A stretch of DNA of 64,000 nucleotides from the NCBI GenBank assembly GCA_034670305.1, contig JAXMNT010000041.1, forward strand, positions 9,862 through 73,861, in the 5' to 3' direction. This document shows, one piece after another, positions 1 to 8,893 of this stretch (its first letter is position 1; each line of letters opens with the position of its first letter). This stretch comes from Deltaproteobacteria bacterium. GTDB lineage: Bacteria > Myxococcota_A > Polyangia > Polyangiales > Houyiibacteriaceae. The translations under genes and the position numbers were made by a program. The notes beneath the pieces were generated by a model, which did not search any database, was not told the origin of the DNA, and saw only the letters and a program-made list of their open reading frames with translations.

Positions 1-1
1 C

Positions 2-2605
2 GCAGGTGGCATCGAGTCGGCTCGTGTGTTCGGCCAGGGCGACCTGGGTGGTGCCGCCGAGCAAGAGGGGTGCTTCGTCGCAAACGGCTTGGAGATCTTC
101 GATCTGCACGTTGAGCGCGCCGCGCGTGAACGGCTCGATCCCGCGACCGTCGATGGTGACGAAGTATGTGCCTGCCGCCAACGTCTGCGCGGCGGCGCCG
201 GTCGCGCAGACGACGTCGGACGCGCCACAGGTGGTCCCGATGCCGATCGCGCCGATCGCTCCGTCCGCGAGCGAGAGGTGCACTTGGCTGGCCGTCGCGA
301 GTTCGAGTCGGTAGACGAGGTCGGCGCCGCCGTCGAGACCACAGCTCAGCCGTTCGTCGTCGTGGGCATGGAAGCTGTCGATCGCGACCCGGCCGCTGCC
401 TTCGATGGTGCCCGGCGCGTCGCAGCTGTCCGCTTCTGCCCCGTCGCCGTTCTCCGGCAGCACCTCGCACTGCAACGTGTGGGCGCCATGCGCGCCGAAG
501 TCGGATCCATCGACGACGATCGCGTGGGCGCCGGCGTCGGCCATGCCCTGCACCATCGCGTTGCGGGTCGAGATGCCGAACGCGCACCGGCGCTCAGTCT
601 CCGGGTCGGCGCAGTCGCTGCGCCAGTAGAGCACCTGCTCTCCGCCCGACGTCACTTCGCATCGAAGCCGGGATCGTTCCGCCACGGTGAGCGTGTGCAC
701 GCGTTCGTTCGCGCCGACCCCGCCGCAGGTGCCCTGCATCCGGTCTTCGCCGCGCCGGGTGTCCGCCACCGTGCTGTAGGGCGCGCGAAACGCCGCGGCG
801 TCCTGGCATGCGGCGGCGTTGGCACCCTCCGGCCGCACTGCGGCGTACACTCGAAACGGTCCATCGGCCCCTTCGTCCATGGTGTCGACGAACACCGTGT
901 ACACCCCGGGATCGAGCTCCGTGACGAGCTGGATGTCGTCGCTGCAAGCGACCTCAGTCGTGGCTTGGGCGCAGTCCTCTCGGATGTAGATCACCGGCGC
1001 GAACTCCTCCCCATCGACTTCGATCGCGACCTCGGAGCGTTCGCTCACGACCAGCCGAAACGCGGACTCGGGCATCGCCATCGCTTCGTAATCGTCGTCC
1101 GTGTAGTCGTTGTAGTCCTCCATGTCGTCGACGGAGGGCCCGCAGGTTCCCGAGAAGAAGTCGACGCCGCGTTCCAGCGCGCCTCGGGTGACCCGGTTGG
1201 CGACGAGCGGATCGGGGTTCTGGCAGCCGTAGCTGACCCGCACCGTGCCGGTGGTGTAGCGCTCGAGCCCCACCGCTTGGCGCGCCTTGGCGCGGACGTT
1301 CTCCCACAGCGCTTCGACCGCGTGCTGGTAGACCTCGGCCAGACTCATGTCGCCCTGCGCTCGGAAGAACTCGAGCGCGATCGACGAAGGCGCGCGGAAG
1401 ATCTCTTCGTTGCTGAACGTGCCGCTGCCCGGCAACGACACGTCGGTCTTCACGTGCAGCGCGATGCCCGGCACCGCTTGACCACTCGGCGTGACGAACC
1501 GCTCGTGAGATCGGAGCGAGACGGTGATGTGCGCATTGAAGGGCGCGACCGCGTCGCCTTCCACCAGCCGCAAGACCCCGCCGGTGGCCTGCTCGAGATC
1601 CGGCCCGATCTCACTCACGATCGCCGCGGCGTGTTCGTCGAGTGCGATGCCTTCGAGCATGGCGCGCACCGACTGACTCTCTCCACTCGGGTGGATGTCG
1701 ATGCCCGCGTCCTCTGCGAAGACCTCGTGCGAGACCTCGAACTTGAGACTGGCCTCGCACGGATGGGCCCGGGCCCACGCGAACGCTCCAGTGAAGGCGT
1801 TCTGGATCCCAGGCGGCGTCTCGCGCTGTGCGAGCGCCGCGGTGTAGGCGGCCTGGCTGACGGCCACGCGTTCGGCGAGCCCTTCGGTGGCCAGACGCGT
1901 CGCCTCCGAGGCGGCGGGTTCCGCCCGGATGATTTCGCAGAGCAGCGGGTAGTTCTCCGCGGCCACCGCTTCGCGGGTGCGGGCGAGGACGACGTTCTGG
2001 TTCGCGGTGTGTTCGTGGTCGTCGAACTCGGTGAACCGGGACGTCATCCAGCCCGTGAGGCCGCCGCTCTCTCGGAGCTCGGCCGCCCAGTCGACGTACG
2101 CCTGCCAAGTCGCTTCCGTGTCGCCACGGCGCGCCGCGGCGAACTGCCGCCGCTCTTCGCCCTTCGCGTCGATCAACAAGTAGGAGAGCAAACCGCCCAC
2201 CGCGAAGAGGACCGCGAGCGCGATGAGTCCGATCTTCAAGCCGCGCGACTTCTTCTCGGCTTCGGCTTTGACCTCCATCGGATCGGCGGCTTCTGCCTCC
2301 ACGAGGTCGTCTTCGGTGACCGGCTTGCGCGCCCGGAGCTCTCGGTTGTCCGGGATGCCGTTGCCGTTGTCGTCGCCTTCGACCGGCTCGGCGTCTTTCG
2401 GCGGTTCGGCAGATTCCTCGGAGCCCCCAGAAGACTCGGAAGCCTCTTGGCCCTCACCGTCCTTCGCCTGCCCGTCCTTGGGCTCACCGTCCTTGGCCTC
2501 ACCCTTGGCCGGCCCGTCCTTGGTCTGGGCGAGGGGCGACTCCGCCGAGGTCGCGTCGGAGGGGTCGCTCTTGGATTGCGGATCGTTGTCGTCGTGGTCG
2601 GTCAT
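2..2605 (-). CDS. Membrane-anchored protein with repeated Cys-containing PPC-like (pre-peptidase C-terminal-like) beta domains; partial, runs off left edge
   Basis: Manual translation from ATG at 2605 (MTDHDDNDPQSKSD...) is open to base 2 with GC3-rich codons. Acidic low-complexity N-terminus, one TM segment (IGLIALAVLFAVGGLLSYLLI), then repeats such as PGVYTVFVD, ADLVYRLELATASQVHLS, AGTYFVTIDG. Absent from the ORF track because no stop lies in the window. Confidence 0.8.
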   Translation of the reverse strand, partial: MTDHDDNDPQSKSDPSDATSAESPLAQTKDGPAKGEAKDGEPKDGQAKDGEGQEASESSGGSEESAEPPKDAEPVEGDDNGNGIPDNRELRARKPVTEDDLVEAEAADPMEVKAEAEKKSRGLKIGLIALAVLFAVGGLLSYLLIDAKGEERRQFAAARRGDTEATWQAYVDWAAELRESGGLTGWMTSRFTEFDDHEHTANQNVVLARTREAVAAENYPLLCEIIRAEPAASEATRLATEGLAERVAVSQAAYTAALAQRETPPGIQNAFTGAFAWARAHPCEASLKFEVSHEVFAEDAGIDIHPSGESQSVRAMLEGIALDEHAAAIVSEIGPDLEQATGGVLRLVEGDAVAPFNAHITVSLRSHERFVTPSGQAVPGIALHVKTDVSLPGSGTFSNEEIFRAPSSIALEFFRAQGDMSLAEVYQHAVEALWENVRAKARQAVGLERYTTGTVRVSYGCQNPDPLVANRVTRGALERGVDFFSGTCGPSVDDMEDYNDYTDDDYEAMAMPESAFRLVVSERSEVAIEVDGEEFAPVIYIREDCAQATTEVACSDDIQLVTELDPGVYTVFVDTMDEGADGPFRVYAAVRPEGANAAACQDAAAFRAPYSTVADTRRGEDRMQGTCGGVGANERVHTLTVAERSRLRCEVTSGGEQVLYWRSDCADPETERRCAFGISTRNAMVQGMADAGAHAIVVDGSDFGAHGAHTLQCEVLPENGDGAEADSCDAPGTIEGSGRVAIDSFHAHDDERLSCGLDGGADLVYRLELATASQVHLSLADGAIGAIGIGTTCGASDVVCATGAAAQTLAAGTYFVTIDGRGIEPFTRGALNVQIEDLQAVCDEAPLLLGGTTQVALAEHTSRLDATC

Positions 2606-2710
2606 GGCGCCGCCGATGATGCGTCAACCACGGCGCGCACGCGACCCCCTGCGTCGTGGGATCCCGGCGAGGTACCTGCGTTCCTACAAAGACCACGGTA
2701 CAGTGCGCGG

Positions 2711-4561
2711 ATGCGTCGCTTTCTACCTCTTGCCATTGCCCTCTCCCTCTCCTTCTCCCTCGCCTGCGGAGACGACTCGTCCCCCACCGAAGACGGTGGC
2801 ACCGGCACCGACGCGCTCACCCCAGACACGGGCATGGGAGAAGACACCGGAGGCGGCGGTGAAGATTCCGGCTGCCCCGACACGGATGGAGACGGGGTCT
2901 GTGACGACGAGGATCAGTGCATGAACGGCGACGACACCGTCGATGCCGATGGGGACGGAACGGCCGACGCGTGCGACCAGTGTCCCGACGGAGACGACGG
3001 CGAAGACGCCGACGCCGATGGCATCCCCGACGCGTGCGATTGCGATGCGGCGACCTGCGTCGAGAACGCAACGTGCGAAGAGACCGCGATGGCGCTCTCC
3101 GCGTGCGTCTGCGACGAAGGATTCGTCGGAGACGGAACCACCTGCGAAGCGTTCGACTGTGGCGCGCTCACCGCACCGACCGACGGCATGCTCACCGTGG
3201 ACACCACGACCTTCGGTTCGATGGCGAGCTACACCTGCGACGCCGGGTTCACGCTGGTCGGGCCCGCCATGCGCACGTGTCTCGCGGACGGGTGGAGCGA
3301 CGCGGATCCAATCTGCACGTCGGTGGACTGCGGCTCGCTCGACGCACCCGCCAACGGCAGCATCGAGCTTCCCTCGACCGGCTTCAGCGCGGTCGCGACC
3401 TACACGTGCGACGAGGGCCACCTGCTGGCTGGCGACACCACCCGCACCTGTCAGATGAGCGGCATGTGGGACGGCGCCGAACCGACCTGCACCTTGGTCG
3501 ATTGTGGTGCACTCGCTGCACCGGTCGAAGGCATGGTCGACACCGATCGCGACACCCTCGGCGGCACCGCGACCTACACCTGCAACCCCGGCTACATGGC
3601 GATGGGCCCGACGAGCCGCACGTGCCGGCCCGACGGAACCTGGTCCGCCCGCGCGCCGACCTGCGCACCGGTGGACTGCGGCGCGTTGCCGGCACCTGCG
3701 AACGGCGCGGTGGATGCGATGTTCACGACCTTCGGATCGATCGCGTCGTACTTCTGCAACGACGGCTACGAGCTCGTCGGCCCAGGCACCCGCAGCTGCG
3801 GCGAAGATGGGCTGTGGACCGGCACCGAGCCGACCTGTGAGCTCGACATCGTCGACTGCGGCGCGCCGCCTTCGCTCCGCGACGGCTCGGTCAGCGCGCC
3901 CGACACCACCGTCGGACAGATGGCGGTCTACTCCTGCAACCGTGGCTTCCGCATGCTCGGCGGCCACCGCGCGGTGTGTACCTCGGCGGGCACCTGGCTC
4001 GGTCGGCCCCCGAGCTGCGGACAGCTGCTCAGCTGCGTCGGATGCGGCATGGCACAGGGCGAACCCATCCGCGCGATCGTAGACAGCCCGTCGGGCGCGA
4101 CGGGTGTTCTGACTGGACGACGCGGCAACGTCCGGGCTGGTCGGACTGCTGGCACACTCCCTCAACTCCTCGAGTGGGAAAGCTGGACCGGGGGACACAG
4201 CGGGTTCTGTTCAAGCGCGACGTGCGGGAGTTGTTCGGACAGTGGCTCGGCTCGCTGGTGGACCGCGTGCAACCAGTTCGAGACCAACCGCTTCACCTGC
4301 ACCTGCAACGGCGCCTTCGCGCCGGGCGACCGGGTGGTCGCGCTCGTGAACTCGCCCACGGGCGCCCGTGGGATCTCACAGGGTCACCAGGGCACGGTCG
4401 TGGGTGGCCATTCGTCGGGGCCCACCAACATTCTGGTCAGCTGGGACGGCTGGACCGATGGTCACGAGAACTGCAGCTTTGCGGACTGTGGCCAGTGCGA
4501 TGCGCTCGCCCCCGACACCCACTGGTGGGTGGGCTGCGCCGACATCGGCCGCGCGCCCTGA
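2711..4561 (+). CDS. Lipoprotein with TSP3-like Ca-binding repeats, EGF-like unit, five Sushi/CCP domains and a duplicated C-terminal domain
   Basis: True start ATG 2711 (MRRFLPLAIALSLSFSLAC, lipobox). DxDGDG repeats; repeated VDCGxLxAPxNG...ATYTCxxGYxLxG...RTC..DG.W....P.C Sushi pattern. Confidence 0.9.
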   Translation: MRRFLPLAIALSLSFSLACGDDSSPTEDGGTGTDALTPDTGMGEDTGGGGEDSGCPDTDGDGVCDDEDQCMNGDDTVDADGDGTADACDQCPDGDDGEDADADGIPDACDCDAATCVENATCEETAMALSACVCDEGFVGDGTTCEAFDCGALTAPTDGMLTVDTTTFGSMASYTCDAGFTLVGPAMRTCLADGWSDADPICTSVDCGSLDAPANGSIELPSTGFSAVATYTCDEGHLLAGDTTRTCQMSGMWDGAEPTCTLVDCGALAAPVEGMVDTDRDTLGGTATYTCNPGYMAMGPTSRTCRPDGTWSARAPTCAPVDCGALPAPANGAVDAMFTTFGSIASYFCNDGYELVGPGTRSCGEDGLWTGTEPTCELDIVDCGAPPSLRDGSVSAPDTTVGQMAVYSCNRGFRMLGGHRAVCTSAGTWLGRPPSCGQLLSCVGCGMAQGEPIRAIVDSPSGATGVLTGRRGNVRAGRTAGTLPQLLEWESWTGGHSGFCSSATCGSCSDSGSARWWTACNQFETNRFTCTCNGAFAPGDRVVALVNSPTGARGISQGHQGTVVGGHSSGPTNILVSWDGWTDGHENCSFADCGQCDALAPDTHWWVGCADIGRAP

Positions 4562-4604
4562 CGTGTCCTGACCGGCCTGGCGCCGAAGCCAGGCCGGACG
4601 CCTG

Positions 4605-6605
4605 ATGCCGTTCTCCGTTCGGGTCTTCGTTTTCCTCGGCGCGGCGCTCCTCTTCGCGATGGAGCCGCTCGTCGGCCGCGTGCTCCTGCCAGCGTTCGGC
4701 AGCGCCGAGCACGTGTGGTCCACGCTGCTCATGTTCTTCCAGGCAGTGCTGCTGCTCGGGTACTTGTACGTGGCCGTCGTATTGCCGCGCCTCGGTGCGC
4801 TGCACCTCGGCCTCCTGCTCGCACCGCTTCTGTTCTTGCCCTTCGGGCTCGGTTGGGGCGCGCCACCGCCGCCAGTCGACGATTCGGTCGCGTCGCTCTT
4901 GAGGCTGCTCGTGCGCGGCTACGCGGTGCCCTTCTTCGTGCTCTCCACGACCACCCTCGTCGCGCAACGGTGGTCGGAAGAGCGTTCGCCGGACCAAGAC
5001 GTACACCCGCTCTACGCGACCTCGAACGCCGCGTCGGTGGTGGCGCTGCTCGTGTACACGCTGGTGTGGGAGCCGTTCGGCGGGCTGCGTTTGCAGAGCT
5101 GGCTCTGGGCGGTGGGCTACCTGCTCTACCTCGGGTTCGCGATGCTCGCGTTCGCACACACCCGGCGCGACGAAGTCGACGCGCGTCCGACAGCGACGGA
5201 GGACCGACCGGCGCCGGTGTTGCTCGACGTCCTCTACTGGATCGCGCTCGCCGCCGGTCCGAGCGCGCTCTTGCTCGCGGTCACCCACGCGTTCGTGCTC
5301 GACGTGGGCAACCTCCCGCTCGCGTGGACCGCGCCGCTGGTGCTCTACCTCGCGTCGTTCGCGCTCGCGTTCCGAGCCGGTGCGGCGGGTGGAGAGATTG
5401 CACCCGGTTGGCTCCGCCACTGGCCGCTCGCATCGCTCTTCGGTGCGCTCGCGTTCACCCGGCTGATGAACCTCGACGGGCCGCTCGTGCTGTTGCACCT
5501 AGGGCTCTTCGGCTACGTCGCGTGGGGCGCGCACGCGGAGCTTCGCCGGACAGCGCCGGAGGGATCGTCGCCGGTGTTCTACGTGGCGGTCGCGGCGGGC
5601 GGGCTGCTCGGGAGCGCCTTCGTCGTCTTCGTCGCGCCGAAGTTCGTCGCGCTCTTCGAGTATCCGTTTGCGTTGCTCTGGCTGACCGCGGTGTACGTGG
5701 TTCGGCACCCGCCGTGGATGGCGCCGCTCCGCACGAAGCTCTTCTTCGGGGGACTGCTGGCGTTCGTGGTCGCCCTCTCTCTGGCGATGCCGCCGGTGCG
5801 CGGCGTGCGGCGACTCGCGCGCGCCCGCAGCCCGTATGGCGTCTACAGCGTGCAGCAGATCGTGGTCGACGGATCCCGCGTCCGGCAGTTGCTGCACGGC
5901 CGCACGGTGCACGGCATGGCGCGGGTCCGCGGCGCGGGCGGCGACGACTTCGTGACCGCGGAGGCGATTGGCTACTACCACCCGGCCGGTCCGTTCGGCG
6001 ACCTCTTCCGCACCCTGCCGCACCCGACCCGGGTTGGCATCGTCGGTCTCGGTTGCGGCGGGCTGCTGTCGCATCTGAACGAAGGCGACCACGCGGTGTT
6101 CTACGAGATCGATCCCGAGATCGAGCGGCTGGCCCGCACCCACTTTCGATTCCTCGAGGCCTCGCCGTCGGATGTGGAGGTGGTGATCGGAGACGCGCGC
6201 CGCTCGCTCGATCGCGCCACCGAAGAAGTCTTCGACATGCTCATCCTGGATGCGTTCTCGGGCGACGCGGTCCCCGTACACCTGCTCACCCGCGACGCGT
6301 TCGATCTGTACCGGGCGCGGCTCGCCCCGAACGGCGTCCTCGTCGCGCACGTGTCGAACCGCATCTTCGATCTGCGCCCCGCGGTGCTCGGCGCGGCGCG
6401 TCACCTCGGGCTCGACGCAGTGTGGATGGAGCGCACCGAGTTCGAGCCGCTCGAGACGATCGCGACGGTGGTCGCGCTCGGCCCTCGCGAGCGGCTCGAA
6501 CCCCTGCGCCAGGCCGGCTGGCAAGATCTGGCGACCACGCTCGGCGGGCGGGCCCGCGTCCTCACCGACGACCGAGCCAGCCTGTTGCCGATGGCGCACT
6601 GGTAA
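4605..6605 (+). CDS. Fused multi-pass membrane / spermidine-synthase-like SAM-dependent methyltransferase protein
   Basis: Long hydrophobic N-terminal half; C-terminal [44 protein letters not shown] motifs. Confidence 0.85.
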   Translation: MPFSVRVFVFLGAALLFAMEPLVGRVLLPAFGSAEHVWSTLLMFFQAVLLLGYLYVAVVLPRLGALHLGLLLAPLLFLPFGLGWGAPPPPVDDSVASLLRLLVRGYAVPFFVLSTTTLVAQRWSEERSPDQDVHPLYATSNAASVVALLVYTLVWEPFGGLRLQSWLWAVGYLLYLGFAMLAFAHTRRDEVDARPTATEDRPAPVLLDVLYWIALAAGPSALLLAVTHAFVLDVGNLPLAWTAPLVLYLASFALAFRAGAAGGEIAPGWLRHWPLASLFGALAFTRLMNLDGPLVLLHLGLFGYVAWGAHAELRRTAPEGSSPVFYVAVAAGGLLGSAFVVFVAPKFVALFEYPFALLWLTAVYVVRHPPWMAPLRTKLFFGGLLAFVVALSLAMPPVRGVRRLARARSPYGVYSVQQIVVDGSRVRQLLHGRTVHGMARVRGAGGDDFVTAEAIGYYHPAGPFGDLFRTLPHPTRVGIVGLGCGGLLSHLNEGDHAVFYEIDPEIERLARTHFRFLEASPSDVEVVIGDARRSLDRATEEVFDMLILDAFSGDAVPVHLLTRDAFDLYRARLAPNGVLVAHVSNRIFDLRPAVLGAARHLGLDAVWMERTEFEPLETIATVVALGPRERLEPLRQAGWQDLATTLGGRARVLTDDRASLLPMAHW

Positions 6606-6617
6606 GGGTCCAACCCA

Positions 6618-6787
6618 GGCGTCGGCTTCGGCGTCGGCGTCGGCTTCGCCTTCGGTTTCGGCTTCGGTTTCGGCTTCGGCTTCGGCTTCGGCTTCGGCTT
6701 CGGCTTCGGCTTCGGCTTCGGCTTCGGCTTCGGCTTCGGCTTCGGCTTCGGCTTCGGCTTCGGCTTCGGCTTCGGCTTCGGCTTCGG
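6618..6787. repeat. (GGCTTC)n hexamer tandem repeat, about 28 units with a degenerate 5' part
   Basis: Directly visible, starting just after the stop at 6605. Confidence 0.97.
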
Positions 6788-6820
6788 GGTCCGGGTGGTG
6801 CCATCGGCCGACGGAAAGAG

Positions 6821-6856
6821 GAACGCCCCGCACGAGGGAGGGCGTGCGGGGCGTTC
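6821..6856 (-). terminator. Perfect 14-bp stem hairpin between convergent genes; probable terminator
   Basis: GAACGCCCCGCACG-N8-CGTGCGGGGCGTTC; followed on the minus strand by CTCTTT (weak U tract). Confidence 0.55.
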
Positions 6857-6937
6857 GGCCCAGGCGCGGTGCTGGCTCACCAGCCGCAGTGCTGGTGGTG
6901 AACCGCTGCGTCGCCTGGGAAAGACTCTTCGTCTCGG

Positions 6938-8419
6938 TCAGTAGCCGAGGGCGTCCATCGACTCGGAGTGGGCGCGGCGGAGGCTGCGCTCCACGCTGGC
7001 GGGCGGAGCGCTCGGGGCTTCGCCGGGGCTGGAGCGGATCGAGCGGCGGAAGGTGTCTTGGGCTTCGGCCTGCGCAGCGTAGCTGCCGTCCTCGAAGTCG
7101 TACTGGTGCTGCTCGAGCAGCGCCGTGGCGGCTTGGACCTGACCAGTGCGCACCATCTGGATCGCCTGCAGCGTGGCGGCCGCGGCCTGGAGCGCCTGGG
7201 CCGTCTCGTGTACCGACGCGTTGCGGCTCGCTTCGACGACCTGCGCATCCGCGTTGGCCCGGGCGCCGAGGAACGCACTGCGGCGGAGCTGTCCGGCTTC
7301 CACCACGTTGTCGACGAACACCAAGTTCGCGTCGAGCAGTTCGACGAGCGCACCCGCGCGGCGTCCAGGCGCGCTGAGGCGCACAACGAGCTCACGGCTT
7401 TGGCCTTCGCTCAGGTCGCCGAGCGCGAGGCTCAGCCCACCGCCGCCCGCGGGCGTCTCCTGTCCGAGCACTTCCAGGATCTCGACGCCCGGTCCCGGCT
7501 GAAGCGTGAGGCCGGCGCCGCGCGCCACCACCTGGTCCATGCGGAGCAGCTCGTCGCGAAACACCTCGGCGACGCGCGCCGGCTCTTCGACGTACTCGAA
7601 GTGGCCGTTGGAGAGCTGCGCGATCTGACCCATGAGGATCTCGTCGTTCTCGAGTCCGAGCCCGATGGCGGCGATGGGAATGTTGGCGGTGCCGTACTGC
7701 TGCGCGAGCGGGATGACGCGCGAAGGATCGTTGGGTACTCCGTCGCCGAGCAGAACGACGCGGTTGATGCCGTCGGGGTTCATGTGTCCGGCCACCTGTT
7801 GAAGGCCGAGCTGCATGCCGCCGGCGAGGTCCGTGGTGCCCCGCGCTTGCATCGCGTCGATCTTCTGCCCGAGCTCGGCGAGGTCCGCGTCGTCGACCAG
7901 GGTCGACTCGAACACCGTCTCGGCGAAGCTGTGAAACGAGATGACCGAGATGCGGTCGCCGTCGCGCAGCATGCCGAGGATGTTCTTGCTCGCTTCGCGC
8001 GCCGTCTCGATCGCTTCGCCTTCCATCGAACCGGAGGTGTCGATGACGAGCGCGAGGTTGAGGGGTGCGCGCACGCCGCGGTTCACCTGGCCGGCGCGGA
8101 CCCGCAGCCGAACGAGCACTTCGCCGCCGGCTTCCGCGAGGACCTGCTCGTGGCCGAGCTCGGCGACCAGGTCGATAACGCCCGGGTCTGCCGGGGTCTC
8201 GGCCACCTGCGGATGGCAGGCACCCACCAGCGCGGTCAGGCACATCAGTCCAAGAAATCTCAACCCCAACATGTTCGTCGTCTTCATGGGGGTGCCAACG
8301 CCGCGCGGTGCGGTGGGCTTACAGACAATCTTGGGGGCACGGCCCCCAAACCCCGTCCGTGACACGCCTTGCTCGCTTCGCTCGGCTTCGCCGCGTCGGA
8401 TACTGTTCGTCTTTTTCAT
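6938..8419 (-). CDS. VWA-domain lipoprotein (YfbK/Ca-activated chloride channel homolog type); start 8419 or 8287
   Basis: MIDAS motif LVIDTSGSM, GTTDL, VVLLGDG; lipobox LVGAC. ATG 8419 has AAGGAGG Shine-Dalgarno; a second in-frame ATG lies at 8287. The track's extension to 8869 is translated repeat DNA. Confidence 0.88.
   Translation of the reverse strand: MKKTNSIRRGEAERSEQGVSRTGFGGRAPKIVCKPTAPRGVGTPMKTTNMLGLRFLGLMCLTALVGACHPQVAETPADPGVIDLVAELGHEQVLAEAGGEVLVRLRVRAGQVNRGVRAPLNLALVIDTSGSMEGEAIETAREASKNILGMLRDGDRISVISFHSFAETVFESTLVDDADLAELGQKIDAMQARGTTDLAGGMQLGLQQVAGHMNPDGINRVVLLGDGVPNDPSRVIPLAQQYGTANIPIAAIGLGLENDEILMGQIAQLSNGHFEYVEEPARVAEVFRDELLRMDQVVARGAGLTLQPGPGVEILEVLGQETPAGGGGLSLALGDLSEGQSRELVVRLSAPGRRAGALVELLDANLVFVDNVVEAGQLRRSAFLGARANADAQVVEASRNASVHETAQALQAAAATLQAIQMVRTGQVQAATALLEQHQYDFEDGSYAAQAEAQDTFRRSIRSSPGEAPSAPPASVERSLRRAHSESMDALGY
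8329..8398 (-). repeat. Dispersed ~70-nt REP-like element, copy 1
   Basis: CGACGCGGCGAAGCCGAGCGAAGCGAGCAAGGCGTGTCACGGACGGGGTTTGGGGGCCGTGCCCCCAAGA; close match to 49141-49207 and partial match to 32359-32427. Confidence 0.75.
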
Positions 8420-8596
8420 GTCCACATCCTCCTTGTCGCCCGAGAGAGTTCTGCAGGTTGGCAGGTCCGTTGGCGTGGGTGCGGTCGACGCATCAGCCCG
8501 ACAAAGGGTCTCGCCGAAGAGAAAAAAGAAAGCCGTGAATAGAAGGCGATGAAGCCGCGTCGCGCGGCGCGGCAACCGGCGAAAGCCGGTGGCCAA

Positions 8597-8892
8597 GCCC
8601 CTTGCCCTTGCCCTTGCCCCTGCCCGTGCCCGTTGCGTTCGCGGAAGCGGAAGCGGAAGCGGTAGCGGTAGCGGTAGCGGAAGCGGACGCGGAAGCGGAC
8701 GCGGAAGCGGAAGCGGAAGCGGAAGCGGAAGCGGACGCGGTAGGGGTAGCGCGGAAGCCGACGCCGAATCCGAAGCCGACGCCGAACCCGAAGCCGAAGC
8801 CGAATCCGAAACCGAATCCGACGCCGAAGCCGTCGCCGAATCCGAATCCGAATCCGACCCCGACCCCAACCCCGACGCCGCTCCCGATCCCG
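8597..8892. repeat. Composite hexamer microsatellite cassette (GCCCTT/GCCCGT)n-(GCGGAA)n-(GCCGAA)n-(CCCGAC/T)n
   Basis: Directly visible; abuts the stop of the 8894 gene. Confidence 0.95.
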
Positions 8893-8893
8893 C

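Noticed and set aside
26-2710. N-terminal ~895 aa of the 1511-aa plus-strand ORF
   Set aside because: Antisense shadow of the real minus-strand gene (2605 to <1); the plus-strand protein begins at ATG 2711 with a lipoprotein signal.
6401-6880. ORFs with poly-(PK), (AE), (SR), (AS) dipeptide runs here and at 8589-8897, 31179-31410, 53182-53580
   Set aside because: Translations of stop-free hexamer repeats; no RBS or coding signal.
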